Shown piece by piece: positions 10,860 through 23,339 of a stretch of 64,000 bases of DNA (position 1 is the first letter of the stretch; the number at the start of each line of letters is the position of its first letter). The notes under the pieces are model-generated. The model was given only the letters and a program-made list of their open reading frames with translations. It did no database searches and was not told the DNA's origin. Position numbers and translations under genes: made by a program. Origin of the DNA: Pristiophorus japonicus (taxonomy: Eukaryota); NCBI RefSeq assembly GCF_044704955.1, contig NC_091999.1, forward strand, positions 21,762,001 to 21,826,000. The letters run 5' to 3'.

Positions 10860-11312
10860 CAAGCCTCGGCTCAGTGTGGTCGCTCTCGGCTCCTGACTCA
10901 GAATGTCACAGATACTAAACCCACTCCAGAGACCTGAGCACAAAATCTATGCCGACATGCGCAGTGCCAGTACTGAGGTCGTGCTGCACGATCATATGTG
11001 CCATCTTTCGGGGCAGACATTAAACTGAGGCCCATATTCCAACTCAGTTGGATTTAAAGGACTCATGGCACTCTGTTAAAGAGCAGAGGAGTTCTCCATG
11101 GTTTCAAGGTCAAATATGTAACCCTCAAGCAACTTCTGAAAAATTGATTATCTGATCATTATTCCATTGCTTTTTCTGGTCTCTTGCTGTGCACAAAATG
11201 GCTGCCCCATTTCCTACATTGCAACAGTTACCACACTTCCAAAGTAATTAATTGGCTGTAAAGCACTTTGTGACAACATGAAGTCGTGATAGGCGATATA
11301 TAAATGCACGCT
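10860..11312 (+). mobile_element. SacSINE1/DeuSINE-type SINE (unit copy 1)
   Basis: ggctcagtg head, cagtactgagg..gtgctgcac core, ggctgtaaagcacttt...tatataaatgca tail. Confidence 0.9.
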
Positions 11313-12184
11313 GTTGCTAAATTTCAACATTTGAAAATACAATTTGCATTATGTGAAACGTTCAGATATTAAAGTGATTGTAGGACACTCCTCTGGTCAC
11401 TGGTGTAACTTGTTTAGTTTCAAAAGGTTAAATCCTCCACTAAATGGAGATCCAGTGGAATAGCAGCCTGTTCATAGATGATCCCAGCAGCAGAATATTT
11501 AGAACTGAATTATTCATTTTAATATTTATTCGCTTTGATAAAAATCACATCTGTTTTAATTGAACAAAACTGAAGCCAACTTCACTGTTCGACATATTTC
11601 TATTAATGTTGTATCAACTGTCAATATTCTTAAAATAATTGCTTGTTGTGAGTTGAAACTAATCAATAACTGACTCTGTTAATCTGATTCTGCTGCCATG
11701 AACACTTCATGGGAACCAGTGAGTCGTTTATGTAAATAATCAGATAAAAAGAAGTCCCAGATTAGAGTATTGAGCGATGGAAACACAATAAATGTGTCCC
11801 CACCAACACAGCACAGAAATAAAGATAGAGAGAAATGCAAATCTCTCAACAGATTCCAGCAACAATTGTTTTTTGGTACATTTCACTAAATTATAGGAGA
11901 ATAAAATAAAGATGATACCCACGGACAAAATGGGGAAAGATTCTAATCACCGTACACAGCAACATCACAAGTGTGACAGTGGAGATTTCCTGTATCTCTC
12001 CCTCTCCTATTTCCACTTTCCATCTTGTCTCTCAAGAAGAGATAATTGGCCTTCCCGCACAACTAGATGTCAACATCTAACAAATGTTTTCCTTGAGCCC
12101 CAATGATATGCCTCGGAACAAATTGATTGGGTTGCACAGAAGGAGCATTAATCCAAAATATGACACGTGTATTAAATTATCTGG

Positions 12185-12460
12185 CATTGTTTGATGGAAC
12201 AGTGCAGAGGGATCTTTACACTGTATTTAACCCGTGCTATACCTGCCCTGGGTGTGTTTGATGGGACCGTGTAGAGGGAGCTTTACTCTGTTTCTAACAC
12301 CGTGTTGTACCTGCCCTGGGTGTGTTTGATGGGAACATGCAGAGGAAGATTTACTCTGTTTGCAACCCGTGCTGCACCGGCGCTGGGAATGTTTGATGGG
12401 ACGGTGTAGAGGGAGAATTACTCTGTATCTGACATCTGCTGTACCTGCCCTGGGAATTAC
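12185..12460 (+). repeat. ~67-bp tandem repeat
   Basis: gtgtttgatgggac.gtgtagagggagctttactctgtatctaacccgtgctgtacctgccctggg about 4 times; equivalents at ~22062-22270, 29570-29905, 40685-40895, 52003-52280 and 61937-62222. Confidence 0.9.
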
Positions 12461-12837
12461 TGGGTTGAGTGTAGTAATAGCTGAGACAGGGTGCAGTGTA
12501 ATATAAACACTGACATGGTGAATTATAATAAAAGCAGAAACAGGGTCTAGTTGAATAGAAACAGAGGCATGGTCTCGTGCAGTAATAATGGTGACAGGGT
12601 CTCGACTAACATAAACAGAGACATGGTCTAGTTTAGTAATGTGAAAGGATGGGGCCAGTGTAATATAAACAGTGTCCTTGTCTAGTTTAATATAAACAGA
12701 TTCAGCTTATTGTGTAATAGAAACAAAGGCATGGCACATTCCAGCAATATCTGAGTCAGAGTCTAGAATAATATTAGTAGCTCTACTGCAATAATAACTG
12801 AGGTGGAGCCTTGTGTCGTAATTACTGATACAGTGAT

Positions 12838-13257
12838 ACTTTAATTGGTTCCTGGCATGTGGGTGTGGGTGCCGCTGACGAGGCTAACATTGATTCTCTA
12901 TCCATAATTGGCCTTGAGAAGGAGGTCATGTGCGGCCACCTTGAACCGCTGCTCTCCGTGTGGTGAAGGGACCCCCACAGTGTTAGGGAGTGGGTTCCAT
13001 GAATTATACCCAGCGACTATGAGGGACGGTAATAAATTTCCTAGTCAGGATGTTGTGTGATTTGGAGTGAACTTTGAGGTGGTGGTGTTCCCACGAGGCT
13101 GCTGCACTTGTCCTTGTAGGTTGAAGAAATCGTAGGTTTGGAAACTGCTGTCGAAGATGTCTTTGCGAGTTGTTGCAATATATCGTGTAGATAGTAATCC
13201 CTGCAGACATGGTGTGCCGGTGGTGGAGGGAATAAATATTTAACGTGGTGGATGGGG
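12838..13257 (-). mobile_element. CR1/L2-group LINE 3' end (partner tail of the SINE at 633-1080)
   Basis: HHRRT.SAV.TI.KMHCSNSPRHLRQH.PNLR motif in unit copies at 22545-22950, 30192-30605, 41223-41640 and 62498-62917; deleted in copy 5. Confidence 0.75.
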
Positions 13258-13319
13258 TAATATAAACTGGAGCAGGGTCTAGGGTATTAATAACTGAGAC
13301 AGGCTCTGATGTATTACAA

Positions 13320-14480
13320 AATCATAGAATAGTTACAGCACAGAAGAGGGCCATTAGGCCCAAGTTGCCCGTGCCGCTCTCTGCGAGAGTATTTCAGCTA
13401 GTCCACACTCCACCCTTTCCCGTAGCCCTGTGAATTTTCTTCCTGCAGGTACTTACCCAGTTCTCTTTGCAATGCCATGATTGACTCTGCCTCCACCACC
13501 CTTTCAGGTAGTGCATTCCAGATCCTAACCGCTCGCTGTTTAAAAACGTTTTCCTCATGTCGCCTTTGGCTCTGCTGCCAATCACCTTAAATCTGTGGTC
13601 CTCTGTTCTCGACCCTTCCACCAATGGGAACAGTTTCTCTCTAGCTATTCTGTCTTGACAGTTTATTTTTCTGAACACCTTTATCAAATCTCCTCTCAAT
13701 CTTTTCTATTCTACAGAGAACAACTCCAGCTTCCCAAGACTACCACGTAACCGAAGTCCTTTATCCCTGGACTCACACTTGTAAATCTTTTATGAACCCT
13801 CTCTAAGGCCTTCACATCTTTCCTAAAATGAGGTGCCCAGAATTGGACCCAATACTCTAGTTGAGGCTGAACCAGTGTTTTATAAATATTCATCATAACA
13901 TCCTTTCATTTGTATTCTATGCCTCTAATTATGAAGCCCAGGGTACCGTATGCTTTTTAGCCACATTCTCAGCCGCCTCTGCCACATTCAATGAGTTGTG
14001 CATGTATACCCCCAGTTCACTGCGTTCATGCATCCTTTAGAATCGTATCCTTTAGTTTATTTTGCCTCTCCTCGTTCTTCTTACCAAACTTTATCACTTC
14101 ACAATTTTCTGCGTTTAATTTGCCACGTGTCCACCCATTCCACCAGCATGTCAATGCCATCTTGCAGTCATTATTATCCTCCTCACTGTTCACTATGCTT
14201 TCAAGTTTGATGCCATCTATAAATTTTAAAATTGTGCCCCTACACCCAAGTCTAAGTAATGAATATGAATCATGAAAAACAGTGTTCCTAATGACAACCG
14301 CTGCGGAACTCCACTATATACCTTCCTCCAATCCCCAAAAAAAACCACTACTCTCTGATTCCTGTCACTCAGCCAATTTCATACCCTGCCGCCACTGTCC
14401 CTTTTATTCTATAGGATTCAACTTTTCTGCAAATGATATTTTCAAGATACTTTATCAAACGCCTTTTGGAAGTCCACCAC
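13320..14480 (-). mobile_element. Old CR1 LINE, part of the repeated unit
   Basis: MRGDLIKVF, LVQPQLEYWVQFWAPHFRKD; equivalents at ~30670-31800, 41705-42860, 52590-53690 and 63550-64000. Confidence 0.9.
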
Positions 14481-15023
14481 ATCAACCATATAAACTGAGA
14501 CTCGGTCTTGTGCAGTAAAAACTGCGACAGAGTCTGGTGTAATGAGAGAAACAATAATTGCAGATTTATTAACCGTATGCCAGGTACAGGTGCAGTTTCA
14601 TGTTGGCCATCACTTGCACCAATAATCATACACTCGAGGTGTATAACAGGGCATTCTGTCTGGCGGTGAGGTGATCACTGGTCAAAGAAGCTCAGAGACT
14701 GGTGGTGGTCTGCTCATTATCCTCGGTGTGAATTAATCCCCTTTCCCACTGAACACTGCAAACAGACATGGTCACCTTGGTAACGGAATGGTCAGTGTGA
14801 CATCACTTTCTAAAGCAGAACACGCAAGACAATGTGTTATCAATAAATATTAAAGGTAATAAACGACCTACCATTAGCTGCAGAATAACATTTAAAGGAA
14901 AAAAAGTAATGGTTGAAGCTAATCATTTATCTTTGTTGATAGCACTTGCACGTATTATAAATGATGTGTCTTATACACACACACACATACACAGACACAC
15001 ACACACGCACACATACACACACA

Positions 15024-15622
15024 CATCATAGGCAGTCCCTCGGAATCGAGGAAGACTTGCATTCACTTTAAAAATGAGACCTTAGGTGGCTGAACAGTCC
15101 AATACGAGAACCACAGTTCCTGTCACTGGTGGGACAGAGAGCCGTTGAGGGAAAGGGGCGACGTGGTGTGGGACAGGTTTGCCGCACGTTCTTTCCGCTG
15201 CCTGTGCTTGCTTTCTGCATGCTCTCAGCGATAAGACTCGAGGTGCTCGGCACATTCCCGCATGCACTTCCTCCACATAGGGCAGTCTTTTGTCTTTGGC
15301 CCTGCTGTATGCCTCAGAGACATGGACCATGTCGAGTACAACCCTCAAGCCGCTGGAGAAATACCACCAACGATGTCTCCGCAAGATCCTGAAAATCTCT
15401 TAAGAGGACAGACGCACCAACGTTAGCGTCCTCGACCAGGTCAACATCCCCATCATTGCAGCACTGACCACACTTGATCAGCTCCGCTGGGCAGGCCACA
15501 CTGTTCGCATGCCAGACACTAGACTCCCAAAGCATGCACTCTGCTCGGAACTCACGTCAAACGAGCGAAAGGTGGGCACTGGAAGCGTTACAAGGACACC
15601 CTCAACGCCTCTCTGAAAAGGT
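15024..15622. mobile_element. RTE-clade LINE 3' end with inverted 5' segment, inserted in (CA)n
   Basis: Minus 15024-15300 encodes CPTSDRNCGSRIGLFSHLRSH with an (ATG)-type tail; plus 15300-15622 encodes LLYASETWT...LRWAGH.VRMPD.RLPK. Confidence 0.9.
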
Positions 15623-16185
15623 ACACACACACAGACACATATAGCGAACACTTTGTGTATGCTATTTTCAGTTGTTCGTCTTAACCAAATGAGCGATACA
15701 GTTTTTGAAGACATTAGGACCCTGAGGCCGCCCATCCAGTGGTGCTGTGAGGTCACGGTTCCAGGCTCCTTCTGACATAACCAGTGGGTCACGTGACAGC
15801 TCCAGAGAAAATATTGCAGGAAAAACAATTCTTATCATTAATTAACTGAGAGAAATTGGCACAGCACACCACAAGTGTGAATTAGTAACCTTTAACACAC
15901 AGTGTGCCACTAAGTAGTGCAAAGTGCAGTGCACTATTGCCCACATTCAGACTTGTCCCTCAATACCAGTCCATCTCTGGGAGATTGTTACAAGATTCAC
16001 TCCATCCTTTCAGCACAAATATTAACGACATGGCACCAGATCAATTAGGCATTGCACACAACCTTTGATAGCTGTTAAGGAATCGAAACATATGTTCCAA
16101 CCAAAAAAGTATTGCATCCTCCTACCCACACACATGTATATCTTTATTTATATTAATATCTCTCCAGCGTCTATATATCTTCTGT

Positions 16186-16630
16186 GTTGCTTTGGCATTC
16201 TCGTGTCCTGGCATGCAAACTATGTGGCCTGCCCAGCGGAGCTGATCAAGTGTGGTCAGTTCTTCAATGTTGGGGATGTTGGCCTGGTCGCGGACGTTAC
16301 AAGGACATGCTCAAAGCCTCCCTGATAAGGTGCAACATCCCCACTGACACCTGAGAGTCCCAGGCCAAAAACCGTGCTAAGTGGAGAAAGTGCATCCGGG
16401 AGGGTGCTGAGCTACTGGAGTCTCATCGCGGAGAGCATGCAGAAATCAAGTGCAGGCAGTGGAAAGAGCGCATGGCAAACCATTCCCACCCATCTCTTCC
16501 TTCAATGACTATCTGTCCCACTGTGACAGAGACTGTAATTCCTGTAATTGGACTGTTCAGCCACCTAAGAACTGATTTTAAGAGTGGAAGCAAGTCTTCC
16601 TTGATTCCGAGCAATTGCCTATAATGATGG
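16186..16630. mobile_element. RTE-clade LINE 3' end with inverted 5' segment and 8-bp target-site duplication
   Basis: TSD tcttctgt at 16178-16185 and 16631-16638; empty site in other copies; minus 16186-16295, plus 16295-16630. Confidence 0.9.
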
Positions 16631-17085
16631 TCTTCTGTCTAGCTAACAGACGCATGGTCAAGTGCCGAAATAACTGAGACAGGGTCCGTTGTGCAATAAA
16701 TTGAAATATAGAGCCTGGAGTGGGTGTTTATTCAAAAAATATCTGAGACCGAGACAAAAGTGAGACATACTGAGCATCGTCTCACACAAACAAACATTGT
16801 CCTGTGAAGCGCAATGGATATATGGCCCAGTGTAACATAAAGCGACACAGGGCCTAGTGTAACATCAAAGGATACAGGGCCTCGTGTAATATAAACAGAG
16901 ACAGGTTATAGTGCCATTTAAACAGAGACAGAGCCCAGTGAAATTTAAGCAGACAAGGCGTAGTGTAATATAAACAGAGACATGATGTAGTGAAATTTAA
17001 ACAAAGACAGGGTCTAGAGTAATATAAACATGGACAAGGTATAGTGTATTAAAAACGGAGACACTGCCTCGTGTAATATAAACTT

Positions 17086-18780
17086 AAGAACACAAGAACA
17101 TAAGAAATAGGAGCAGCAAGAGACCACCTGACCGCTCGAGCCTGCTCCGCCATTGAATAAGCTCATGGCTGATCAGATCATTGACTCAGCTCCACTTCTC
17201 TGCCTGCCCCCCATAACCCTTTATTCCCTTATCGCGCAAAGATCTGTCTATCACCGCCTTAAATATATTCAATAACCTAGCCTCCACAGCTCACTGGGAC
17301 AGAACATTTCATAGATTTACAACCCACTGAGAGAAGAAATTCCTCCTCATCTCAATTTTAAATAGGCGGCCCCTTATTCTGAGACTATGTCCCCTTGTTT
17401 TATGTTGCCCTGTGAGTGGAAACATCCTCTCTGCATCCACTCTGCCAAGCCCCCTGATTATCTTATACGTTTCGATAAGATCACCTCTCATTCTTCTGAA
17501 TTCCAATGAATAGAGGCCCAACCTACTCAACCTTTGCTCATAAGTCAAACCCCTCTTCCCCGAAATCAACCTAGTGAACGTTTTCTGAACGGGCTCCGAA
17601 GCAAGTAAATCGTTTCTTAAATATGGAAACCAAAACTGCACGCAGTATTCCAGGTGTGGCATCACCGATACCTTATGGTGTTGGTTCAATGGTGTAATGG
17701 TGAGCACTCTGGACTTTAAATTCAACGATCCGTGTTCAAATCTTAAGATAGATATAGCTGTGGAAAGCCGTCCCTGCTTTTATACTCCATCCCCTTTGCA
17801 ATAAAGGCCAAGATACTATTGGCCTTCCTGATCACTTGCTGTACCTGCATAGTATCCTTTTGTCTTTCATGCACAAGTACCCCCCGGTCCCGCAGTCCTG
17901 CGACAATTTGCAATTTTTCTCCATTTAAATAATAACTTGCCCTTTGTTTTTTTCTGCCAAAGTGCATGACCTCGCACTTTCCAACATTATACACCATCTG
18001 CTAAATTTTTGACCACTAACTTAGCCTGTCTGTGAACTTTTGCAGATTTCTTGTGTCCTCATCACACATTGCTTTTCCTCCCATCTTTGTATCATCAACA
18101 AACTTGGCATCGTTACACTCAGTCCCTTCTTCCAAATCATTTATTTAGATTGTATACTGATCCCTGCGGCCCCACACTAGTTACTGGTTGCCAAACAGAG
18201 AATGAACCATTTATCCAGACTCTCTGTTTTCTGTTAGTTAGCCAATCCGCTATCCATGCTAATATATTACCCCCAACCCCGTGAACTTTTATCTTGTGCA
18301 GTAACCTTTTAGGTGGCACCTTGTCAAATGCCTTCTGGAAGTCCAAACGCACCACATCCACTCGTTGCGCTTTATCCTCCCTGTTCGTTACATCCTCAAA
18401 GAACTCCAGCAAATTTATCAATCATAAATCCATGCTGACTCTGCCTGACCGAAGTTTCCTTTTCCAAATGTCCTGCTACTGCTTCTTTAATAATGAGTTC
18501 CAACATTTTCCCAACCACAGATGTTAGGCTAACTGGTCTATAGTTTCCTGTTTTTTGTCTGATTCCTTTTTTAAATAGTGGCGTTACATTTGCAGCTTTG
18601 CAATCTGCGGGGACCTCCTCAAACTCCGGGCAATTTTGGTAAATTACAAGCAATGCATCCACAAACCCTGCCGCTACTTTTCTTAAGACTCTAGGCTGCA
18701 AATCATCAGGTCCAGGGGAATTATCTTCCTTTAGTCCCAATATCCTACTGAGTACCACCTCCTTAGTGATTGTGATGGTC
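17086..18780 (-). mobile_element. CR1 LINE linking units 1 and 2
   Basis: aagaacataagaa tail; PHLEYCVQFW, LDFQKAFDKVP, GNYRPVSLTS; same right junction (atggtca...gattagt) as at ~47550 and ~58660. Confidence 0.95.
17683..17743 (+). pseudogene. tRNA-Gln-derived pseudogene (anticodon position reads TTA), 3' acceptor strand missing
   Basis: ggttcaatggtgtaatggtgagcactctggactttaaattcaacgatccgtgttcaaatct closely follows vertebrate tRNA-Gln; interrupts a CR1 sequence. Confidence 0.9.
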
Positions 18781-21700
18781 ATTTGTTGATTAGTAGAGCA
18801 CAGAAGGTGACAATTCAGCCCATAGAGTCTGTGCCGGTTCTTTTGAAGAACAATCCAGTTAGTTTCACTCACCCGCTCTTTCGCTATATCACTGCATTTT
18901 TAACTCCTTCAAGTATTTACACAATTTACTTTTGAAGGCTACTATTCAATCTATATCTACCACCCTATCAGGCAGTACACTCCAAATCCTAACCAGTGGC
19001 CGCGTAAAGAAGTTTGTCCACATATCGCCTTTGGTTCTTTTGTCAATCACCTCACACCTGCAACAGCTTCTATTTATTTACTCTATCTAAACTCTTGATG
19101 ATTTTAATCTGGTCTTTCAAATCTGCTCTTAGACTTCTCTCCTCTAAGGTGGAGAATCGCATCTTTTCCTATCTCTCCACATTAACTGAAGTCCCTCATC
19201 CCTGGTAACATTCTATTAAAGATGCCCTTAACCTTGTCCAATCCAAGGAGAACAATCCCATCTACTCCTGTCTCTCCACATTAATTGAAGTGCTTCATTC
19301 CCGCTGCTATTCCACTGAATTCCCTCTTAAACTTCTCTACTCCAAGGAAAACAACCCCAGCTTCTCCAGTCTTTCCACATAATTTTAATCCCCCATCCCT
19401 GATGCGTTTCCAGTAATTCTCTTCTGCACCCTCTCGAAAGTCTTCACGTCCTTCCTAAAGTGTGGTGCCCAGAATTGGACACAATCCTCCAGCTGGGGCC
19501 GAACTCGTGCATCTAGTCTTTCATCCTTGGTGCCAATCTGGTAAATCTCCCCTCACCCTTCTCTGCTGTAAGAAGAACAGTCCCAGATTCTACAAGATGT
19601 CCGTGTAACGAGAGCTTGCGTCCTACCTTCCAGTACACACAATGTCATCGAGCTCCAGGCAGGAACTGGCCCAACTTCAATAGCGAGAAGGGGCAAGAAA
19701 AAGGAGCAACTGAAAGTCGCGGATGTCTAAAAACAATTTTTCAAACTGTTACCCTTATTTATTTAATTTATAAGCAGAAAAAGTATCCTCACTGCCCCAG
19801 CTAGAACTTCTACCCAAAGCCAGTTCCCCAGCCAACTCCCTCTCCGAAAAGGTCACCATTTTATTTCTTGTCAGTCTTTTTAGGTGGGGAGGGGTTGGGA
19901 GGTTAAATATAAATATTTGCCATCGCTCGCTCTTTTATTTGTTAATATATATGGAAGCCCGGTGAAGGAATTGGGTGCAGAAAATTCCAGGTGAGGAATC
20001 CTCATCGATGGAATCAGAAACACTCAAAAGGGAAAAATAAGAATCTGTTGGGCTGAGGGAGGGATGGAGGGACGGACGAGTGGAACAAGTAGGGGTGGGG
20101 TGATGGATGGGTGGAGGAATGGACGGAGGGAGGGATGGGTGCAGGGAGAGAGTGATTGATGTAGGGAGGGATTGAGGAAGGGGGGAGTGGAGCAAGGGAG
20201 GATTGATGTGAAGAATGGGTTTAGTGTGGACAGAGGCAGGGAGCGGTGGGTCCAGGGAGGGAGCGATTGATGGGAAGGGGGATGGTGGGAAGAAGGGAAG
20301 GAGGGATGAAGGGAGGGAGGGAAGGAGATACGGGTGGATGGAGGAAGGGATGGTAGGAGGGAGTGATGTAATATCTCCCAGTTTACCCGATCAAAACTCT
20401 TCATAATTTTTAGCACCTCAATTAAGTGGCACATAACCTGCTCGGCTCTAAGGAGAACACTCCCAGCTTTTAGCTACTTTGATTGTGCAGCTCACACATT
20501 GTAAAACTCAAGTTCCGTGAGTCCTTTTGCTTCGGGCACTTCCAGATGTACCCTGCGGAATCGCTGACACTTTTATTTCGACCCAGTGGAAATCCCAGTG
20601 TGGGAATGACATCCCAGGCATGATAAGATAACTCGCCCCTGATAATAAATGGAGCGGTGTAAGACTGGGCTCAGGTCTTGAACTTCAGACACGATGAGCT
20701 GAATGGCAACATTTTAAAATACAATCTGTGATATGTTTAAGCCTCGGTTCAGTGGGATCACTTTCGCCTCTGACTCAGAAGCTCACAGATACTAAACCCC
20801 ACTCCAGAGACCTGAGCCCTTAAGCTGTGCTGACACATCCGGTGCCAGTACTGAGGGAATGCTGCATGGTCAGATGTGCCGTCTTTTGGGGCAGGCATTA
20901 AACTGAGGCCCCAGCTTCCCACTCAGCTGGATATAAAGGACTAATGGTACTATCCTAAAGAGCAGAGGAGTTCTCCACGGTTTCCCGCGCAAAAAATTAT
21001 CCCTCAACCAACACCTGAAAAATAGATTATCCGATCATTATTTCATTGGTGTTTGTGGGATCTTGCTGTGCATAAATTGGCTGCCACATTTCCTACATTA
21101 CAACAGTGACCACATTTCCGGAAAAACTCATTGGCTGTAAAGCTGTTTGGGACAACATGAGGTCAGGAAAGACGCTGCAAGGTGTTTCTAAATGTCAACA
21201 TTTGAAAATAGACGTTCCGATTTGTGAAAAGCTCAGATATTACTGTGATTGTCGGGCACTCCTCTGGTCACTGGTTTAACTTATTTAGTTTCAATGGGTT
21301 AAATCTTCCAATAAATGGAGATCCAGTGGAATAGCAGCCTGTTCAGGGATGTTCCACTGATTTCAGCTGCAGAACTTTCAGAACCGAATTATTCATTTTG
21401 CAATTTATTCCCTTTGATATGAAACACATCTGCTCTAATTGAACAAAACTGAAGCCAAAGTCACAGATCGAGATATGTATATATCTGTGTACCAAATGTC
21501 AATATTCTTAAAATAAGCCCTTGTTGTGAGATGAAACGAATCAATAATTGACTCTGTTGATTTGATTTTGCTGCCATGAACACTTCATGGGAATCAGTGA
21601 GGCGTTTATGTAAATAAACACAGAAATAGAAATCCCAGATTAGAGCATTGAGCGACAGAAACACAATAAATGTTTCCCCACCAGCACAGCACAGAAATAA

Positions 21701-23235
21701 AGATAGAGAGAAATGCAAATCTCTCAACAGATTCCAGCAACAATTGTTTTTTTGGTACATTCTCTAAATTATAGGAGAATAAAGTAAAGATGATCCCCAC
21801 GGTCAGAATTGGGAAAGATTCTAGTCACCATATATAGTGACATCACAAATGTGACAGTGGAGATTTCCTGTGCCCTCTCCCTCCCGTATTTCCACTTTAT
21901 GTCTTGTCTCTCAAGAATGGATAATTGGCCTCCCCCCCACAACTAGATGTCAATATCTAACAAACGTTTTCCTTGAGCCCTACTGAAATGCTTCGAACCA
22001 TGTTGATGATAGTGCGCAGAGGGAGATTTAATCCAAAATGTGACATGTGTATGAAATGATCTGGGAGTTTTTGATGGGACAAAGTAGAGAGATCTTTACA
22101 CTGTATCTAACCCGTGCTGTACCGGCGCTGTGAATGTTTGATGGGACGGTGTAGAGGGAGCTTTACTCTGTATCTAACCCGTGCCGTACCTGCCCTGGCA
22201 ATGTTTGATGGAAAGGTGTAGCGTTAGCATTACTCTGGATCTGACACATGCTGTACGCGCCCTGTGAGTTACAGAGTTTAGTACAGTAATAACGGAGACA
22301 GGGTCTAATTGAATATAAACAGAGGCATGGCCTAGTTTTTTAACATGAAAGAATGGGGCTAGTGTAATAAAAACAGTGTCTTTGTCTCGTTTATTATAAG
22401 CAGAGACATGGTTCTGAGTAATAGGAACAAAGGCATGACATATTCCAGTAATATCTGAGACACGGCATAGTACAATATTAATAGCTCTAGTGCAATAATA
22501 ACTGAGATAGGACATAGTGCAGTAATTATTGATACAGGGACAGTGTTTTATTCATGCCTGGCATGTGGGTGTTGATGGCAAGGCCAACATTGAATGCCTA
22601 ACCCGAATTGGACTTGAAAATCAGGTGTTGAACTGCGACCTTGAACCGCTTGCAGTCCGTGTGGTGAAGGTACTTCCACAGTGTTAAGGAGGGGGTTCCA
22701 CGAATTTGACCCAGCAATTATGAAGGAACCGTAATAAATTTCCAAGTCAGAATGGTGTGACTTGGAGGGGTACGTGGAGGTGATGGTGTTCCCATGAGCC
22801 CGCTGCTCTTGTCCTTCTAGGTGGAAGAGGTCGTAGGTTTGGAAAGTGCTGTCGAAGATGTCTTGGCGAGTTGCTGCAATGCATCTTGTAGATAATACTC
22901 ACTGCAGACAAGGTCCGCCGATGGTTGAGGTAGTGAATTTTTAATGGATGGTGCAATATAAACAGGAACAGTGTCTAGTATACTAATAACTGAGACAGGC
23001 TCTGGCGTAATTATACAATCATAGAATGGTCATAGCACATAAAAGTGCCATTGGACCCATATAGCCCGTGCCGCTCTCTGCAAGATTATTTCAGTTCGTC
23101 TATTCCCACGTCCTTTCCCGTAGCCATGTGAATTTTCTTCCTTCAGCTACATATCCAAATCCATTTGTAATGCCATGATTGACTCTGCCTCCACCACCCT
23201 TTCAGACAGTGCATTGCAGTAATAACTGTAACAGG
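18781..23235. repeat. Tandem segmental unit, copy 2 (right half missing)
   Basis: Has exon A (19935-20022), exon B (20496-20638), SINE, block C, 67-bp repeats and LINE tail; lacks exon D and block E. Confidence 0.9.
20738..21185 (+). mobile_element. SacSINE1/DeuSINE-type SINE (unit copy 2)
   Basis: Same sequence and flanks as 10860-11312. Confidence 0.9.
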
Positions 23236-23339
23236 GTCCAGGGTCTCAATTACCAAGACAGGGACTGCAGGGTGGAAGAGTAAACTGACCACAGAACCGA
23301 GGTAAGGGGGCCATTCAAGTGGGGGAGCAAAACGAAATG

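Larger units (their letters stand above)
10140..16060 (-). pseudogene. Unidentified spliced gene family, copy 1 (exon D 14574-14809, exon B 10618-10760, exon A from 10219, truncated)
   Basis: AG/GT retained at D, B and A; block E acceptor mutated to CAA; terminal exon cut at ~10140; two RTE insertions around block E. Confidence 0.5.
9654..17085. repeat. Tandem segmental unit, copy 1
   Basis: Same block order as other copies: CR1 remnant, exon A, purine tract, exon B, SINE, block C, 67-bp repeats, LINE tail, old CR1, exon D, (CA)n, block E, SINE head, 27-bp array. Confidence 0.95.

Noticed and set aside
12185-12460. 67-bp repeats as ribozyme-bearing (retrozyme-like) monomers
   Set aside because: TTGATGG is not the CUGANGA box and there is no GAAA box at a suitable distance
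15910-15945. AAAGTGC (miR-430/miR-17-type seed) in each block E
   Set aside because: No ~60-nt pre-miRNA hairpin and no match to the rest of those mature miRNAs
17683-17754. Functional ochre suppressor tRNA
   Set aside because: Acceptor stem cannot form and the anticodon stem has mismatches
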